Notes: a model not told the origin generated them from the letters alone. 64,000 nt of DNA from Vulcanimicrobiaceae bacterium (GCA_035938175.1 DASZHD010000046.1:9294-73293), one strand, 5' to 3'. Counted from the first letter of the stretch, positions 36,673 to 46,824 are shown. Translations and numbers: made by a program.

Positions 36673-37628
36673 CGGTACTCCGCGCAAATCTTCTCCGCGA
36701 TCGCTCGCGCGTGCTCAACCGCCTGAGGCGGCGCACACACCTTCGCGTCCGCGCCAAAGCCAAAAGCCCACCGCACCACCTCGCCGACGTCGCTAACGGT
36801 AAACGTCATCGTGGCGGAGCCGTCGTCGTGCAACTGCGTTTCCTGCGCCCGCTGCCATTCGCGCGACGTGGCCGAAGGCGCAATCGCCGGCGATAGCCAC
36901 ACCGAGACGCGCTGCTCGCTCTTGCCCTGAATGAAGCCGAGCACGTCGTCGTTCAAATACTTCTGCGGAATCGGCTGCGGCGAAAATGATCCGGCTCGTT
37001 TTATCGCACCCTGGATCGCGTCCAACGCGTAGTATTTCCAGTCGCGCGTGCCGCCCGCATCGCGAGCGAGCAAATAGTAGCGTCCCGAACGCATCACCGC
37101 GCATCCCGGCTCGACGCGCCGCTCTTTGCCCGAGTAACGGAATGTTACGCGCGCGTTGTTCGCCCATGCCGCCTGCAGCTCGTCGAAGGCCTCGGCCACG
37201 TGCGTTCCCTCGCGCAGCGCGGGCTGCAGAAAATGCAGGAACCGGCGTTCCTCGCGCGGCTCGTCGGCCTGGATCGACTGCAACTGCGCCTCCACCGGTG
37301 CTCCCAATGCGCGCCCGGCGTCGCGAATCAGCGTCTGCAGCGCGCGGCTGCTCTTGTCGATCCCGGTCGGGCGCTGGTCGAAATCCAGCAGGCGCACGCG
37401 GTCGTGTTCGCTCTTCTCGGCAATGCGAAAGCCGGCGCGCTCGCCGATTTTCCGCAATTCCTGAAGGTCGCGCAGAACCGTGCGTTCCGATGTCCCGTAT
37501 TCTTCGCACATGCGCTCGAGCCGGATAAATTTGTTGCGCACCAGTTCCAGCAGAATGCGGATTTTGCGCTCCGTCGCCGTGCTCGGCTCCCCCGATGGCC
37601 GGCCTTTGCCCGAGATCTTCTTTGCCAT
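36669..37628 (-). CDS. WYL-domain transcriptional regulator (HTH + WYL + WCX-like C-terminus)
   Basis: N-terminal wHTH (ERMCEEYGTSERTVLRDLQELRKIG) and a WYL domain (VTFRYSGKERRVEPGCAVMRSGRYYLLARDAGGTRDWKYYALDAI). I prefer the start MAKKISGKG at 37628. Confidence 0.8.
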   Translation of the reverse strand: MAKKISGKGRPSGEPSTATERKIRILLELVRNKFIRLERMCEEYGTSERTVLRDLQELRKIGERAGFRIAEKSEHDRVRLLDFDQRPTGIDKSSRALQTLIRDAGRALGAPVEAQLQSIQADEPREERRFLHFLQPALREGTHVAEAFDELQAAWANNARVTFRYSGKERRVEPGCAVMRSGRYYLLARDAGGTRDWKYYALDAIQGAIKRAGSFSPQPIPQKYLNDDVLGFIQGKSEQRVSVWLSPAIAPSATSREWQRAQETQLHDDGSATMTFTVSDVGEVVRWAFGFGADAKVCAPPQAVEHARAIAEKICAEYR

Positions 37629-37691
37629 GTGCGGGTATTGAACTCGCGCTCGCGCCAAGCCTACGGCACGCGCGCACGGTAGGCTCGCCCT

Positions 37692-37940
37692 ATGACACTC
37701 TTGATCGTTGGCCTAACGCTTTGGTTGGCCGGAAAACTGCTCGTCAAAGCGTTCGGCGCCGATCGGCCGCATTTCATCTGCCGGCACTGTGCGCGCATCA
37801 GCAGAGGCCACGATTACTGCGTGGATTGCCGGGACCTTCGGAGCACGGAATATACCGTGGGCGATTCGAACAAAGCCAAAACTGAGGGAGATCGAGGATG
37901 CCTTCAATCTTCGGGAATTTTGTATTTGCCGCGCCCCTGA
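37692..37940 (+). CDS. small membrane-anchored zinc-ribbon protein (hypothetical)
   Basis: 82 aa with an N-terminal TM (LLIVGLTLWLAGKLLV) then CRHC...CVDC. GC3-rich in the first ~55 codons. It is divergent from the WYL regulator across a 63-bp intergenic region. Confidence 0.35.
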   Translation: MTLLIVGLTLWLAGKLLVKAFGADRPHFICRHCARISRGHDYCVDCRDLRSTEYTVGDSNKAKTEGDRGCLQSSGILYLPRP

Positions 37941-37968
37941 ACGTTCGCGCTTTGACTTTGGCAGCGTC

Positions 37969-38790
37969 ATGCCCAAGAAACTGAAGCCTCGCCAGAAGCG
38001 CAAACCGCGCAGCGAGCGAATCTGCGGCTTACCGGTCTCTGACCGTGCGGATTATCGCGTCATTACGGCAATCGGCGATCTGCTCCGAGCCGTCGGGCGA
38101 TGCCGCGCGCAACTCTTCGCCGGCGAACCGCGAACCGAACAAGAGTGCGTGAGCGCGATGCTGGGGCACGTGTATGACGCAGCCGCGTCAGCCGTCACCG
38201 GTGTGTCGATGCTGCTCAGTCACGGCGGACGTATCGCACCGTACATGATGGGCCGGCTCTGTTTCGAGTACATGGTGCGTGCCGAATACTGCGCCGCGCA
38301 TCCCGACTACGCGCAGTGGGCGCTCCGCCTGCAGTTCCTGCGCAGCAATCTGCGCTACAACGATGCGATCCTCTCGAACAAAGACAAGCGTATCATGGGC
38401 GATCGGCTGCGTCGCGAAGAGCGCTGCCTGCCCAAACTCAGCCCGCACGCGCGAGAAGAAGCGGGTCTCGTGCCGTTTCACCAGATTACGTTCACCGACA
38501 TGATGCTCGACGTGCTGGATACGCACGACCCCGAAGCCTATCGCCGCCAGAGTATGCTGATGCACGCCGATCCGTATGCGATTGCCACGCTCGACGAGGT
38601 CGACGTTGCCGCCGTCAACCGCGAACTGGTCGAGGCATGCGTCGCGCTGGCGCGTATTGGTACGCTGATATACGAACGCGTGACGCTCGGGGCCATCGCC
38701 GAAGAGGAATTTCGTGCAGCGTGTGCGCGGATTGATGATCTTTCGACAGTTTACGGAAACCTAGGCGTATTGGACAAAGCTGCATCGTGA
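37969..38790 (+). CDS. hypothetical all-alpha protein
   Basis: 273 aa from the internal ATG (MPKKLKPRQKRKPR...). The sequence is helical and Arg/Ala-rich. No catalytic motif was recognised with confidence. The alternative start at 37789 overlaps the preceding small ORF. Confidence 0.5.
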   Translation: MPKKLKPRQKRKPRSERICGLPVSDRADYRVITAIGDLLRAVGRCRAQLFAGEPRTEQECVSAMLGHVYDAAASAVTGVSMLLSHGGRIAPYMMGRLCFEYMVRAEYCAAHPDYAQWALRLQFLRSNLRYNDAILSNKDKRIMGDRLRREERCLPKLSPHAREEAGLVPFHQITFTDMMLDVLDTHDPEAYRRQSMLMHADPYAIATLDEVDVAAVNRELVEACVALARIGTLIYERVTLGAIAEEEFRAACARIDDLSTVYGNLGVLDKAAS

Positions 38791-38905
38791 CGATCAAAGC
38801 AGGGAAACGACTATGAACGCGACTTCTGACTGGCAATACGAAATGGCCGTCGCTGAGTTCGTCCGCACTGGAGCACAGCTTATTCCAACCGAAGCCGATA
38901 CCGAC

Positions 38906-39976
38906 TCACTGGGCAGGTTTAATCAAGTAGTTTCCGTTTGGCCCCGATGCGACGAAGTCACCATCCGAGCTCACACCTTGATACGCGTTGCTGTAGTTGC
39001 CCGATGGAGAAATATACTTCGATAGATTAGGAACGAGAGTGCCGTTGAAATAACCGAAAACTGATTGGCTTAATTTCGGGGAACTATAATTGCCAATGAC
39101 TCGGTTCGAGTCGTCAATACCCACCGGGGTGATGAAGTCTTTTGTGGAATTCATGCCTTTGATTATGGTAAGGCTGCCGTTATTGTCTAGATATCCTTCA
39201 GCCCAGTCGCCAACCATACCGTCGCCGTGATATATTGCGCCAGTTACGATACCCATATCGTTTATCCAAACGGCATCTGTTGTATTTCGCTTTGGCAGCA
39301 GTGCCGTAACCGATTGACCGTGTCCGGTGAATGCGGCGCGCGCAATGTAGCCGAACTCTGCTTCGGTAAAGGCATAACGCCCCAAAGCGTTGACGCTATC
39401 GACGCCCGGAAAGCCGGTTTCGGGTCCGAATATCTTCGCAGGGGTTCCGTCTTTGTAAAAGCGAGCCAAGTACGGATTCGGGACATTGTTCGGTCCACCG
39501 ACGCCATAAATGTCTCCGGCTTCGCTAATGCCTGTAGCAATGGAAAAGAAATTCGGTTGACCGGCCTGAGGTCGTGGAGACGCGAGTACTTTAACAAGCC
39601 CGTTCGCCCAATACAGTGCGACGCTGCTGCCGCACCAGCCAACGGCCTCACCGTGCGAGTTTGAGCCGAGGACAGATGCGCCGGTTGTACAGCCCGAACT
39701 TGCCGGCAGTATTTGCACCTTCCCGTCTTTATAGATCGCCCCATTATTACCGGACGACCCAACAACGTCGCCGTCCCTCATCATCGCGGACGGAGTGAAG
39801 GACGTAGGCAAAAGTGTAGCAGTATAGCGCGGGATGGCAGACGTGATGATGTTGCTGAACTGATGGCTTGACCGGAGGGTGCTGGGCTCCGGCGCAAAGA
39901 CCGTAGTAGAGCTTGCGCATGCAGACAAAACACACGCTAGAACGGTCGTCGTAATGAGTACCAGACGGAGACACAT
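38906..39976 (-). CDS. secreted lipoprotein with HAF-like extracellular repeats
   Basis: Lipobox (VLACVLSAC) followed by about 6 repeats of the type G(I/V)(N/S/D)..G.(I/V)(V/T)G. Examples are GSNSHGEAVGW, GISEAGDIYGV, WINDMGIVTGA, GIDDSNRVIGN and GVSSDGDFVAS. The region is noticeably lower in GC. Confidence 0.55.
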   Translation of the reverse strand: MCLRLVLITTTVLACVLSACASSTTVFAPEPSTLRSSHQFSNIITSAIPRYTATLLPTSFTPSAMMRDGDVVGSSGNNGAIYKDGKVQILPASSGCTTGASVLGSNSHGEAVGWCGSSVALYWANGLVKVLASPRPQAGQPNFFSIATGISEAGDIYGVGGPNNVPNPYLARFYKDGTPAKIFGPETGFPGVDSVNALGRYAFTEAEFGYIARAAFTGHGQSVTALLPKRNTTDAVWINDMGIVTGAIYHGDGMVGDWAEGYLDNNGSLTIIKGMNSTKDFITPVGIDDSNRVIGNYSSPKLSQSVFGYFNGTLVPNLSKYISPSGNYSNAYQGVSSDGDFVASGPNGNYLIKPAQ

Positions 39977-40311
39977 ACGTTTAACCTCGCAGTACTGTTC
40001 GTCAGCGCCCCTGGGGAATATGCCTAATACGAATGCTTTCTAAAGCCACGTAGCGCGGTGCGCCTTACATCGGTGCGCAGAACGTAAGCGCGGTGTCCGA
40101 TGACAGAGGTCGGCGACTAGAGACACCTCGACTCTAAGGGCGTGGACATTCCCATCGTAACACGTTTGGCCTCTGCTCAATATGGGACTTCCGAAACTCT
40201 TCGAAATGGGGGTTGGGCTCCGGCGATGGAGTGAGTCAGACCTCCCCCGTTCGTTTCCCGCGTTTTTCTCACAGGCCGCGTACCGTTAAGGCACGACGCA
40301 AGAGGTAAAAC

Positions 40312-40971
40312 ATGCGTAACAGTCTTATCCCTGTGGCCCTCTCGGTGGCAGCATATGCCGCATTCGTGCGTCCGCGCATCCTGCGATGGGGCGCTACCGA
40401 TGAAGAAGTGAACGCGCCGTTCCCGGGCGCGGATCTCGTGCCGGCCGGCGTGCGCGGTGCAACCATGGCGACGACGATCGATGCTCCGCCGGCGAAAGTC
40501 TGGCCGTGGCTCGTCCAGATGGGTTACGGACGCGCAGGTTGGTACAGCTGGGATTACCTCGACAACCTTGGACGGCACAGCGCGCAAACGATGCACCCGG
40601 AATGGCAGAACGTCAAAACCGGCGAGTATCTTTCCGGACCGAACGTCAGCGAACCCGAGCGTACGGCGTGGGAAGTTGCGGCCCTGGAACCGCAGCGGTT
40701 CCTCGGCCTTCGATCGCGTATTCGCGGCAGTGAATCATTATGGGCGTTTTGGCTGAAGGAACTTCCCGGCAAGAAAACGCGTCTGATCGTAAGCGGCTAT
40801 TGGCGAACCGATCCCGCATGGCTGCGTCCGGTTCTCAGTTTTGCATTTCTCGAGTGGGCACATTGGATAATGCAGATGAAGCAGTTCGCCGAGATAAAGC
40901 AGCGCGTCGCGAAGTCGACCACAGTCCAGGAAATCTCAAGCGAGACGCTCGCGTTCACCCTCCCTCGATGA
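40312..40971 (+). CDS. SRPBCC-family (polyketide cyclase/START-like) protein
   Basis: IDAPPAKVWPWLVQMGYGRAGWYSWDYLDNLG is typical of an SRPBCC subfamily. Confidence 0.7.
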   Translation: MRNSLIPVALSVAAYAAFVRPRILRWGATDEEVNAPFPGADLVPAGVRGATMATTIDAPPAKVWPWLVQMGYGRAGWYSWDYLDNLGRHSAQTMHPEWQNVKTGEYLSGPNVSEPERTAWEVAALEPQRFLGLRSRIRGSESLWAFWLKELPGKKTRLIVSGYWRTDPAWLRPVLSFAFLEWAHWIMQMKQFAEIKQRVAKSTTVQEISSETLAFTLPR

Positions 40972-41719
40972 GCCTGCGAATCTGTTCTGCATACGCCCGG
41001 CTCGAATTCAGCTTAGTTCCGTTCCGCAAGACGATTACGTACTCGCCGTGAGTCCACGGTTCCAATCTGAAAATCCGGTCGGCATTGATCACGACCGATC
41101 GATGTACGCGGATAAATCCGTGAGGCGACAACCGTTCCTCAAAAGCTGTGAGCGCCTCACGCGTGCGCAGCGTCGCAGTTCCGCTGTGAATGACGGTATA
41201 ATTCCCGTCGGCCTGCAGCCAATCGATTTCGGATGCACCGATGAAACGCACGCCTTCTTGCGTTTTCACCGCAAGGCGTTCGGCCCCGGCGTTTCGGGCG
41301 GCCACCGCCCGAAGTAACCCTTCGATGTCGTACGGCGCGGAGGCGGGATCGGCAAGCCGTTCTCGTGCGCGATTGAGCGCACTGCCGAACCGCTCGGCCG
41401 AGTACGGTTTCAGCAAATAATCGATCGCGTTTACGTCAAACGCGCGAATCGCATACGCATCGTACGCCGTGACGAAAATGATGCCGCGAGGCCGTTCGTC
41501 GGCGCTCAGCGCTTCAAGCACGCCGAAGCCGTCGAGTTCCGGCATTTGAATGTCCAGAAACAGCAAAGCCGGATGCTCGCGCCGTATGTGCTCGACTGCG
41601 CCGCGCCCCTCCGACGCTTCGAAGACGACGTCCACGTCGTCGAACGCTTGCAGCAAATCCCGGACGCGCGCGCGTGCCGGCTCTTCATCGTCAACGATCC
41701 CGGCACGAAGCGTCCGCAT
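40955..41719 (-). CDS. LytR/AlgR-family response regulator (REC + LytTR)
   Basis: REC domain (IVDDEEPAR...LLFLDIQMPELDG...IFVTAYDAYA) and LytTR domain (IDWLQADGNYTVIH...HRSVVIN). Start at the ATG at 41719, one nt after the kinase stop. Confidence 0.9.
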   Translation of the reverse strand: MRTLRAGIVDDEEPARARVRDLLQAFDDVDVVFEASEGRGAVEHIRREHPALLFLDIQMPELDGFGVLEALSADERPRGIIFVTAYDAYAIRAFDVNAIDYLLKPYSAERFGSALNRARERLADPASAPYDIEGLLRAVAARNAGAERLAVKTQEGVRFIGASEIDWLQADGNYTVIHSGTATLRTREALTAFEERLSPHGFIRVHRSVVINADRIFRLEPWTHGEYVIVLRNGTKLNSSRAYAEQIRRLIEGG

Positions 41720-41720
41720 T

Positions 41721-42809
41721 CTATGAAGCGGCGGATGCCGGAGCCGCGAGCCCGATGCGCCGGGGAATTCGCACGGTGACTTCCGTGCCGCCGCCCTCGA
41801 CATCGCGCAGTTGCAGGCTTGCGGCCTCGCCGTAGAGTTGCAAGAGCCGCTTGCGGATATTCGATAATCCGAGTCCCTCGCGGAACTCGGCGCGCGGTGG
41901 AAGGCCGCGCCCATTGTCGGCGACGCGCAGCACCAGCATATCGTCTTGCGCCGCCGCGGTGATGCGCACGTTCGTCGTCTTCGACGATTCGTTCAGTCCA
42001 TGCCGTACCGTGTTTTCAACCAGCGGCTGCAACACGAAACTGGGCACGCGCTCGCCGAGCAGCGCGGCATCGACGTCGACGTTCGCCGCCAGGCGATCGC
42101 CGAATCGCGCCCGCATGATCTCCAAATACGCCTCGAGCATTCGGATCTCCGAATCCAAGCGGGCTTCTTGACTGCCGTCGTTGGCCAGCGTGAGGCGAAG
42201 CATATCGCTCAGCCGTTCCAACATTCGCTGCGCGGCGGAGACGTCGCGCTGCATGAGCGAGCTGATGCTGTTGAGTGTATTGAACAAAAAGTGCGGATGG
42301 ATCTGCGCGCGCAACGCATCGAGCTGCGCGTGCGAGAGTTGCGCCTCCAGCTGTGTCGCCTGAAGCTCGCGCGCACGCGCGATCCGGTAGTATTCCATCG
42401 CATAAAGAAGTACGACGAATGAAAGCTGGCCGATAAAAACCCCGAACACCTCGTCGATCACGGTTTTCGCGAACGTCCAGTGGGTGCCGAAGATCGCGTT
42501 TTCCAGCGGAATCCAGATCGCGTATTTCGGAACGACTGAAAACACCAAAATGACCGCATACAGTAAGACTTTTGCGGGCAAGTGCGGACGCACCAGCGGC
42601 ACCCGTCGTACGAGCCAAATGTACATGGGCGTGAGCAATCCGCACGACCACCAATTCAATAGCCCGGTTCCAAGGGCGTAACCCATCGTGACGGGATGGC
42701 CGGCGGCGCCGGCAGAGGCGTAGGACTGTACACCGTCCAGCAGCCCGATGACCGTGAAAAGGGTGCCGTAAAGCGCAAAATCGCTCCGCAAGCGCGCCGC
42801 GCGGTTCAT
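41721..42809 (-). CDS. LytS/YehU-type sensor histidine kinase
   Basis: Membrane N-terminus, His_kinase motif QIHPHFLFNTLNSISSL, and HATPase (VENTVRHG...DNGRGL). I prefer the start MNRAARL at 42809. Confidence 0.85.
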   Translation of the reverse strand: MNRAARLRSDFALYGTLFTVIGLLDGVQSYASAGAAGHPVTMGYALGTGLLNWWSCGLLTPMYIWLVRRVPLVRPHLPAKVLLYAVILVFSVVPKYAIWIPLENAIFGTHWTFAKTVIDEVFGVFIGQLSFVVLLYAMEYYRIARARELQATQLEAQLSHAQLDALRAQIHPHFLFNTLNSISSLMQRDVSAAQRMLERLSDMLRLTLANDGSQEARLDSEIRMLEAYLEIMRARFGDRLAANVDVDAALLGERVPSFVLQPLVENTVRHGLNESSKTTNVRITAAAQDDMLVLRVADNGRGLPPRAEFREGLGLSNIRKRLLQLYGEAASLQLRDVEGGGTEVTVRIPRRIGLAAPASAAS

Positions 42810-42941
42810 TACACAAGTGTATCCGTTCCGGGCGTGCGGGAAAAGCGGCGCCGTCACGCGGTGCCGGCGTCTCGCAACCGCTTGCGTCCCTTCCGCCCCA
42901 GACTCGTGGCCCAAGCCGGTCGACCGCACTATTCTGGCGCC

Positions 42942-44999
42942 ATGAATCGCCGCGCCGGGCTCCTCTTCACTGCATGTGCAGCATACGCCGTTCTCACGTG
43001 TACGGCTGCACAAGCCATCGGCCTTCGCATACCCAAAGCCCTAGCGGCACCGCACGTCGACGGGACGCTTCGCGATCCCGAGTGGACCCGAGGGACGCGC
43101 GTGACCCTGGACTACAACCTGCGCACGCATACGGCAGCGCCCGAAGCGACGACTGCCTATGTCATGAGCGACGACAGCTTTGTGTACGTTGCCTTCGAAG
43201 CCAATCAACGCGCACCGATTCGAGTTTCGCAATACACCAACAACGTCGGGTGCTGCGTGGACGATTCGGTTCAAATCGACTTGTGGCCGAACGGCCCCAG
43301 CGGATTCCGTTATCTGTTCATCGCGACGCCCATCGGCACGCGGTATCAGTATTCGAGTGAAAACAACGTCTACGAGCCGGACTGGTCCGCCGTTGGAAAG
43401 CTCGTGCCGGGCGGCTATGTCGTGACGATGAAAATTCCGCTCGCGGTAATGCATGGAACCGGATCGGGTGCTTGGCGCGTGCAGTTTGCGCGCGTCGTTC
43501 AAGCCACCAACGACGACATCGTGTGGAGCTACGGACCGCCGCAGCAAAACCACAACGACGTAAACTACGCCGCGCCTGCGCAAGGTTTGCCGCTTCTGGC
43601 GGCGCATCGCCCAAAGCCGCGCGCCGGCGTATACACGTTGGGGCAAGCCGGATCGAGTTTCGCAGGCGGGGTGAAGGCACGCGGCGGTGCGGACATCTCG
43701 TTCCCGGTGCTTCCGGGTACGTCGCTCGTCGCCGCAATCCATCCCGATTTCTCGGACGTGGAAGTGGATCAGCAAAGCATCGCGCCGACCGCATTTGTCC
43801 GGCAAGTAAATGAAGTGCGTCCGTTCTTCACCCAGGGAGCGAATTTCTACAACACGACGCCGTATTGTCCGCAATGCCCGGGCTCGCAGCTCTACACGCC
43901 CGGCATACCGACGCCGCAGAACGGTTTTGCGCTTGAGGGTCAGCGCGGATTGTTCAGCTACGCTGCATTCGATGCGCTCGGCACCGATCGCGACGATACC
44001 GCCCAAGTGCTGAATTACACTTCGCCAAATCAAGAAAATCGTCTTACCGCTCAGCGCGGAAGCACCAGTATGCCGAACCTCAACGACGTGACGCTCGGAG
44101 CCTCGTACACGCACGATAACTTGAAGAACTTTGCGCAGTGGATTCGGTATGGTACCGACAGCGGTACGAATGTTCTCGCGGGCGATCGTGCTCAGCGGTA
44201 CGAAGCCGGCGCATCGGCGTATACACCGACCAGCGCGCTTTCCGTAACGTTGCGAAAGATCGGCGCGTATTATAATCCGGTTGACGGATACGTCAACAAT
44301 CCGGACATCGCCGGATACGACGTCGCAGCCAACAAAACGTGGAGACTCAGCGGGACGTCCTCATTCAAAGAGTTCGACCTCAGCGGCAACCTCGACCGCT
44401 ACCATGGCTATCGCGATGGGCTCAGCCAGAGCGATCAATATCTGCTTGCGCAAGCCACGACGAAAAACAATTGGAGCATCGCCGCTTCGACCGGCTCGTC
44501 GTACTTGCGCTTGAACGATGGCGTGTTCTCGCCCGTCACCGGGAGCCAGGGAGTCGCCGTGTACTACAACTACGGTGCGGCAACGCAGTCGTTCGTGCAA
44601 TTCGAAACCGGCCGCTTCGGGCCCGGCCGCCTGAATTCGTGGACGCGCGTTGCAGCGCTCCGTCTGGGCGCGCGGGGAACGCTAGGACTGGATCTCGACA
44701 ATACGCAGCAAGGCACGCTCTCGACGACCTATTCGCAATGGCTGGAGCGCGTTTCGTTCAATCTCCAAAGCGGTCCCGACGAGTCGTTTGGCGTCGGAGT
44801 GCGCCGGATAATCGGTACGCCGCCGATGCTCGATACGGTGCCCCAATTTCAAAACGGCTCCAACATCGCGATTTCCTATCACCGCAAAATGAGCGCGGGG
44901 GAACTTTACGCGGTATACGGTGACGCTGCTGCGTTCTCGACAGTGCCCGCGTTTTTGGTAAAGTTTATCCGTTACGTGGGCGGACAGAAGGGGACGTAG
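42942..44999 (+). CDS. secreted CBM9/DOMON-like N-terminal domain protein with large beta-rich C-terminus
   Basis: Signal peptide (LLFTACAAYAVLTCTAAQA) at the internal ATG at 42942. APHVDGTLRDPEW...YVMSDDSFVYVAFEA resembles carbohydrate-binding family 9-like domains. The family assignment is tentative. Confidence 0.6.
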   Translation: MNRRAGLLFTACAAYAVLTCTAAQAIGLRIPKALAAPHVDGTLRDPEWTRGTRVTLDYNLRTHTAAPEATTAYVMSDDSFVYVAFEANQRAPIRVSQYTNNVGCCVDDSVQIDLWPNGPSGFRYLFIATPIGTRYQYSSENNVYEPDWSAVGKLVPGGYVVTMKIPLAVMHGTGSGAWRVQFARVVQATNDDIVWSYGPPQQNHNDVNYAAPAQGLPLLAAHRPKPRAGVYTLGQAGSSFAGGVKARGGADISFPVLPGTSLVAAIHPDFSDVEVDQQSIAPTAFVRQVNEVRPFFTQGANFYNTTPYCPQCPGSQLYTPGIPTPQNGFALEGQRGLFSYAAFDALGTDRDDTAQVLNYTSPNQENRLTAQRGSTSMPNLNDVTLGASYTHDNLKNFAQWIRYGTDSGTNVLAGDRAQRYEAGASAYTPTSALSVTLRKIGAYYNPVDGYVNNPDIAGYDVAANKTWRLSGTSSFKEFDLSGNLDRYHGYRDGLSQSDQYLLAQATTKNNWSIAASTGSSYLRLNDGVFSPVTGSQGVAVYYNYGAATQSFVQFETGRFGPGRLNSWTRVAALRLGARGTLGLDLDNTQQGTLSTTYSQWLERVSFNLQSGPDESFGVGVRRIIGTPPMLDTVPQFQNGSNIAISYHRKMSAGELYAVYGDAAAFSTVPAFLVKFIRYVGGQKGT

Positions 45000-45043
45000 C
45001 CGCCCGGGCAGGCCTGATAGCGACCTGCTCGAAACCCGCGCCG

Positions 45044-46162
45044 ATGGTGCGTGAAAGATTGCCGTTCGCCGGTACATTTCGAGCGGCGGCGACTTTTTGC
45101 GTCGTGTGTTACCACGTGTGGCTTGCGGACATTGCTGTTAAACACGTTCAAGGCCCCGCATTTTTGACGATTCTGGGTGCATTCGCAGTTGCGTGCTTTT
45201 TCGCACTGAGCGGATTCTTGCTCGCTCTGCCGTACGTCGCGGCATTTGTGGAAGGGCGGAAGCTGCCGGCTTGGACGGCATTCGCGCGCGACCGTTTCCT
45301 GCGAATTTATCCGTTGTACGCGTTCGCCGTGATTACGCTCGTACTGCTCAACGTGCCGAACCCGGGCATCCATCCGGGCGATGCGCACGACGTCATTTCG
45401 CACCTGACCTTTACGTTCGTCTTCAATCACGAGTCGGCGCTTACGATCGACCCGCCGATGTGGACCATGGCAACCGACGTGCAATTTTACGTGCTGCTTC
45501 CCGTGTTGTTTGCAGCGGTCGCCTTTTTCGATCGCAAGCGCCGGCTCGCCGTGCTCGCAGCATCCGTCGTCGTGCTCGTTGCCGCTTCGATCGTGTGGCG
45601 CCTTGCCCACGCGTCTGCAGCGGACGCAGCCTTGCAAGATTTCGCCCTGAAGGTCATCATCTTCGAACAACTTCCCGCCATGTTCACCGCTTTCGGTGGC
45701 GGAATACTCGGCGCGATCGCATGGTATAAGGCTCCGCGCGAACGGCGAACCCTTCTTGGAATCGCAGCACTGCTCTTCGCGCTTCCGTTCTTGTATTACG
45801 GACTCAACAATCTCGTGCCGTATATCGTAATGAACGACGTCTTTTGCGGTGCCGGCGCCGCGGGTGTGCTCGTTGCGGGTTGCGCGCTGCTGCCGAACCG
45901 GCTGTTCGAAAGCAAGCCGGTTATGTGGGCCGAGCGGCTTTCATACGGCGTGTACCTGTTTCACTTTTTCGTCGTTGACTACGTTCGGCAGTTCACTGCG
46001 CCGTTGCCGCCCTGGCCGTATTTTTTCGCGACGGCGGCACTGGCATACGTCGCGACGTCCGTGCTGGTATTGCCGATGTATCTCTGGATCGAGCGCCCGT
46101 TCTTGGTGCTAAAATCCGTACTGAACAAGCGCGCGGAGCATTACTTGGAACCGGCGGCATAG
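45044..46162 (+). CDS. acyltransferase family 3 membrane protein
   Basis: 372 aa with about 10 TM helices. FRAAATFCVVCYHVW and RDRFLRIYPLY are typical of acyltransferase_3. Confidence 0.8.
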   Translation: MVRERLPFAGTFRAAATFCVVCYHVWLADIAVKHVQGPAFLTILGAFAVACFFALSGFLLALPYVAAFVEGRKLPAWTAFARDRFLRIYPLYAFAVITLVLLNVPNPGIHPGDAHDVISHLTFTFVFNHESALTIDPPMWTMATDVQFYVLLPVLFAAVAFFDRKRRLAVLAASVVVLVAASIVWRLAHASAADAALQDFALKVIIFEQLPAMFTAFGGGILGAIAWYKAPRERRTLLGIAALLFALPFLYYGLNNLVPYIVMNDVFCGAGAAGVLVAGCALLPNRLFESKPVMWAERLSYGVYLFHFFVVDYVRQFTAPLPPWPYFFATAALAYVATSVLVLPMYLWIERPFLVLKSVLNKRAEHYLEPAA

Positions 46163-46190
46163 TGGTACCGCCTGAAATGCGGCCGCTGTT

Positions 46191-46730
46191 GTGAACGTCG
46201 ATATTCGAGTTGCGCGCCCCGAAGATGCGGCCGACATCGCTCGCATTTATTCGTATTACGTGACGGAGACCGTCATCTCGTTCGAGGAGAAGCCGCCGAC
46301 CGAAACCGAGATGCGCGAGCGAATCGTGCGCACGCTCGAGTTTACGCCGTGGCTCGTCGCGTCGGTATCGAATAGCGTTATAGCGTACGCCTATGCGCAG
46401 CGCCACCGCGAACGCGCCGGTTACCGGTGGGCCGTGGACGTGTCGGTCTACGTCGATCGTGGGTACCAGCGCCGCGGTCTCGGCAAGCAGCTGTATGACG
46501 AGCTCTTTAAAATTTTGGCGCGTCAGGGGTTTCGGCGCGTATGCGCGGGCTTGACGTATCCGAACGACGCCAGCGAAGGTCTGCACCGTTCCGCCGGCTT
46601 TACGCCGGTGGGAATCTATCGCCGCATTGGCTGGAAGCTCGGAGCGTGGCGCGACACGCTGTGGCTGCAGCGCGAGATCGGCGGTGACGGCGAGCCGCCG
46701 CCGGAACCGATCCCATTTTCACGCTTATAG
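46191..46730 (+). CDS. GNAT N-acetyltransferase (phosphinothricin-acetyltransferase-like)
   Basis: IRVARPEDAADIARIYSYYV..T.ISFEE.PP...EM and the acetyl-CoA motif QRRGLGKQLY. Confidence 0.85.
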   Translation: MNVDIRVARPEDAADIARIYSYYVTETVISFEEKPPTETEMRERIVRTLEFTPWLVASVSNSVIAYAYAQRHRERAGYRWAVDVSVYVDRGYQRRGLGKQLYDELFKILARQGFRRVCAGLTYPNDASEGLHRSAGFTPVGIYRRIGWKLGAWRDTLWLQREIGGDGEPPPEPIPFSRL

Positions 46731-46824
46731 CCATCCCTGCGCTCGCGGATTGACATTGCGCGGGCAGTATGTGAAATTAGCCATATGGCTAATCAACGAA
46801 TAGCGGAACGCTGAAATAAGCGGC

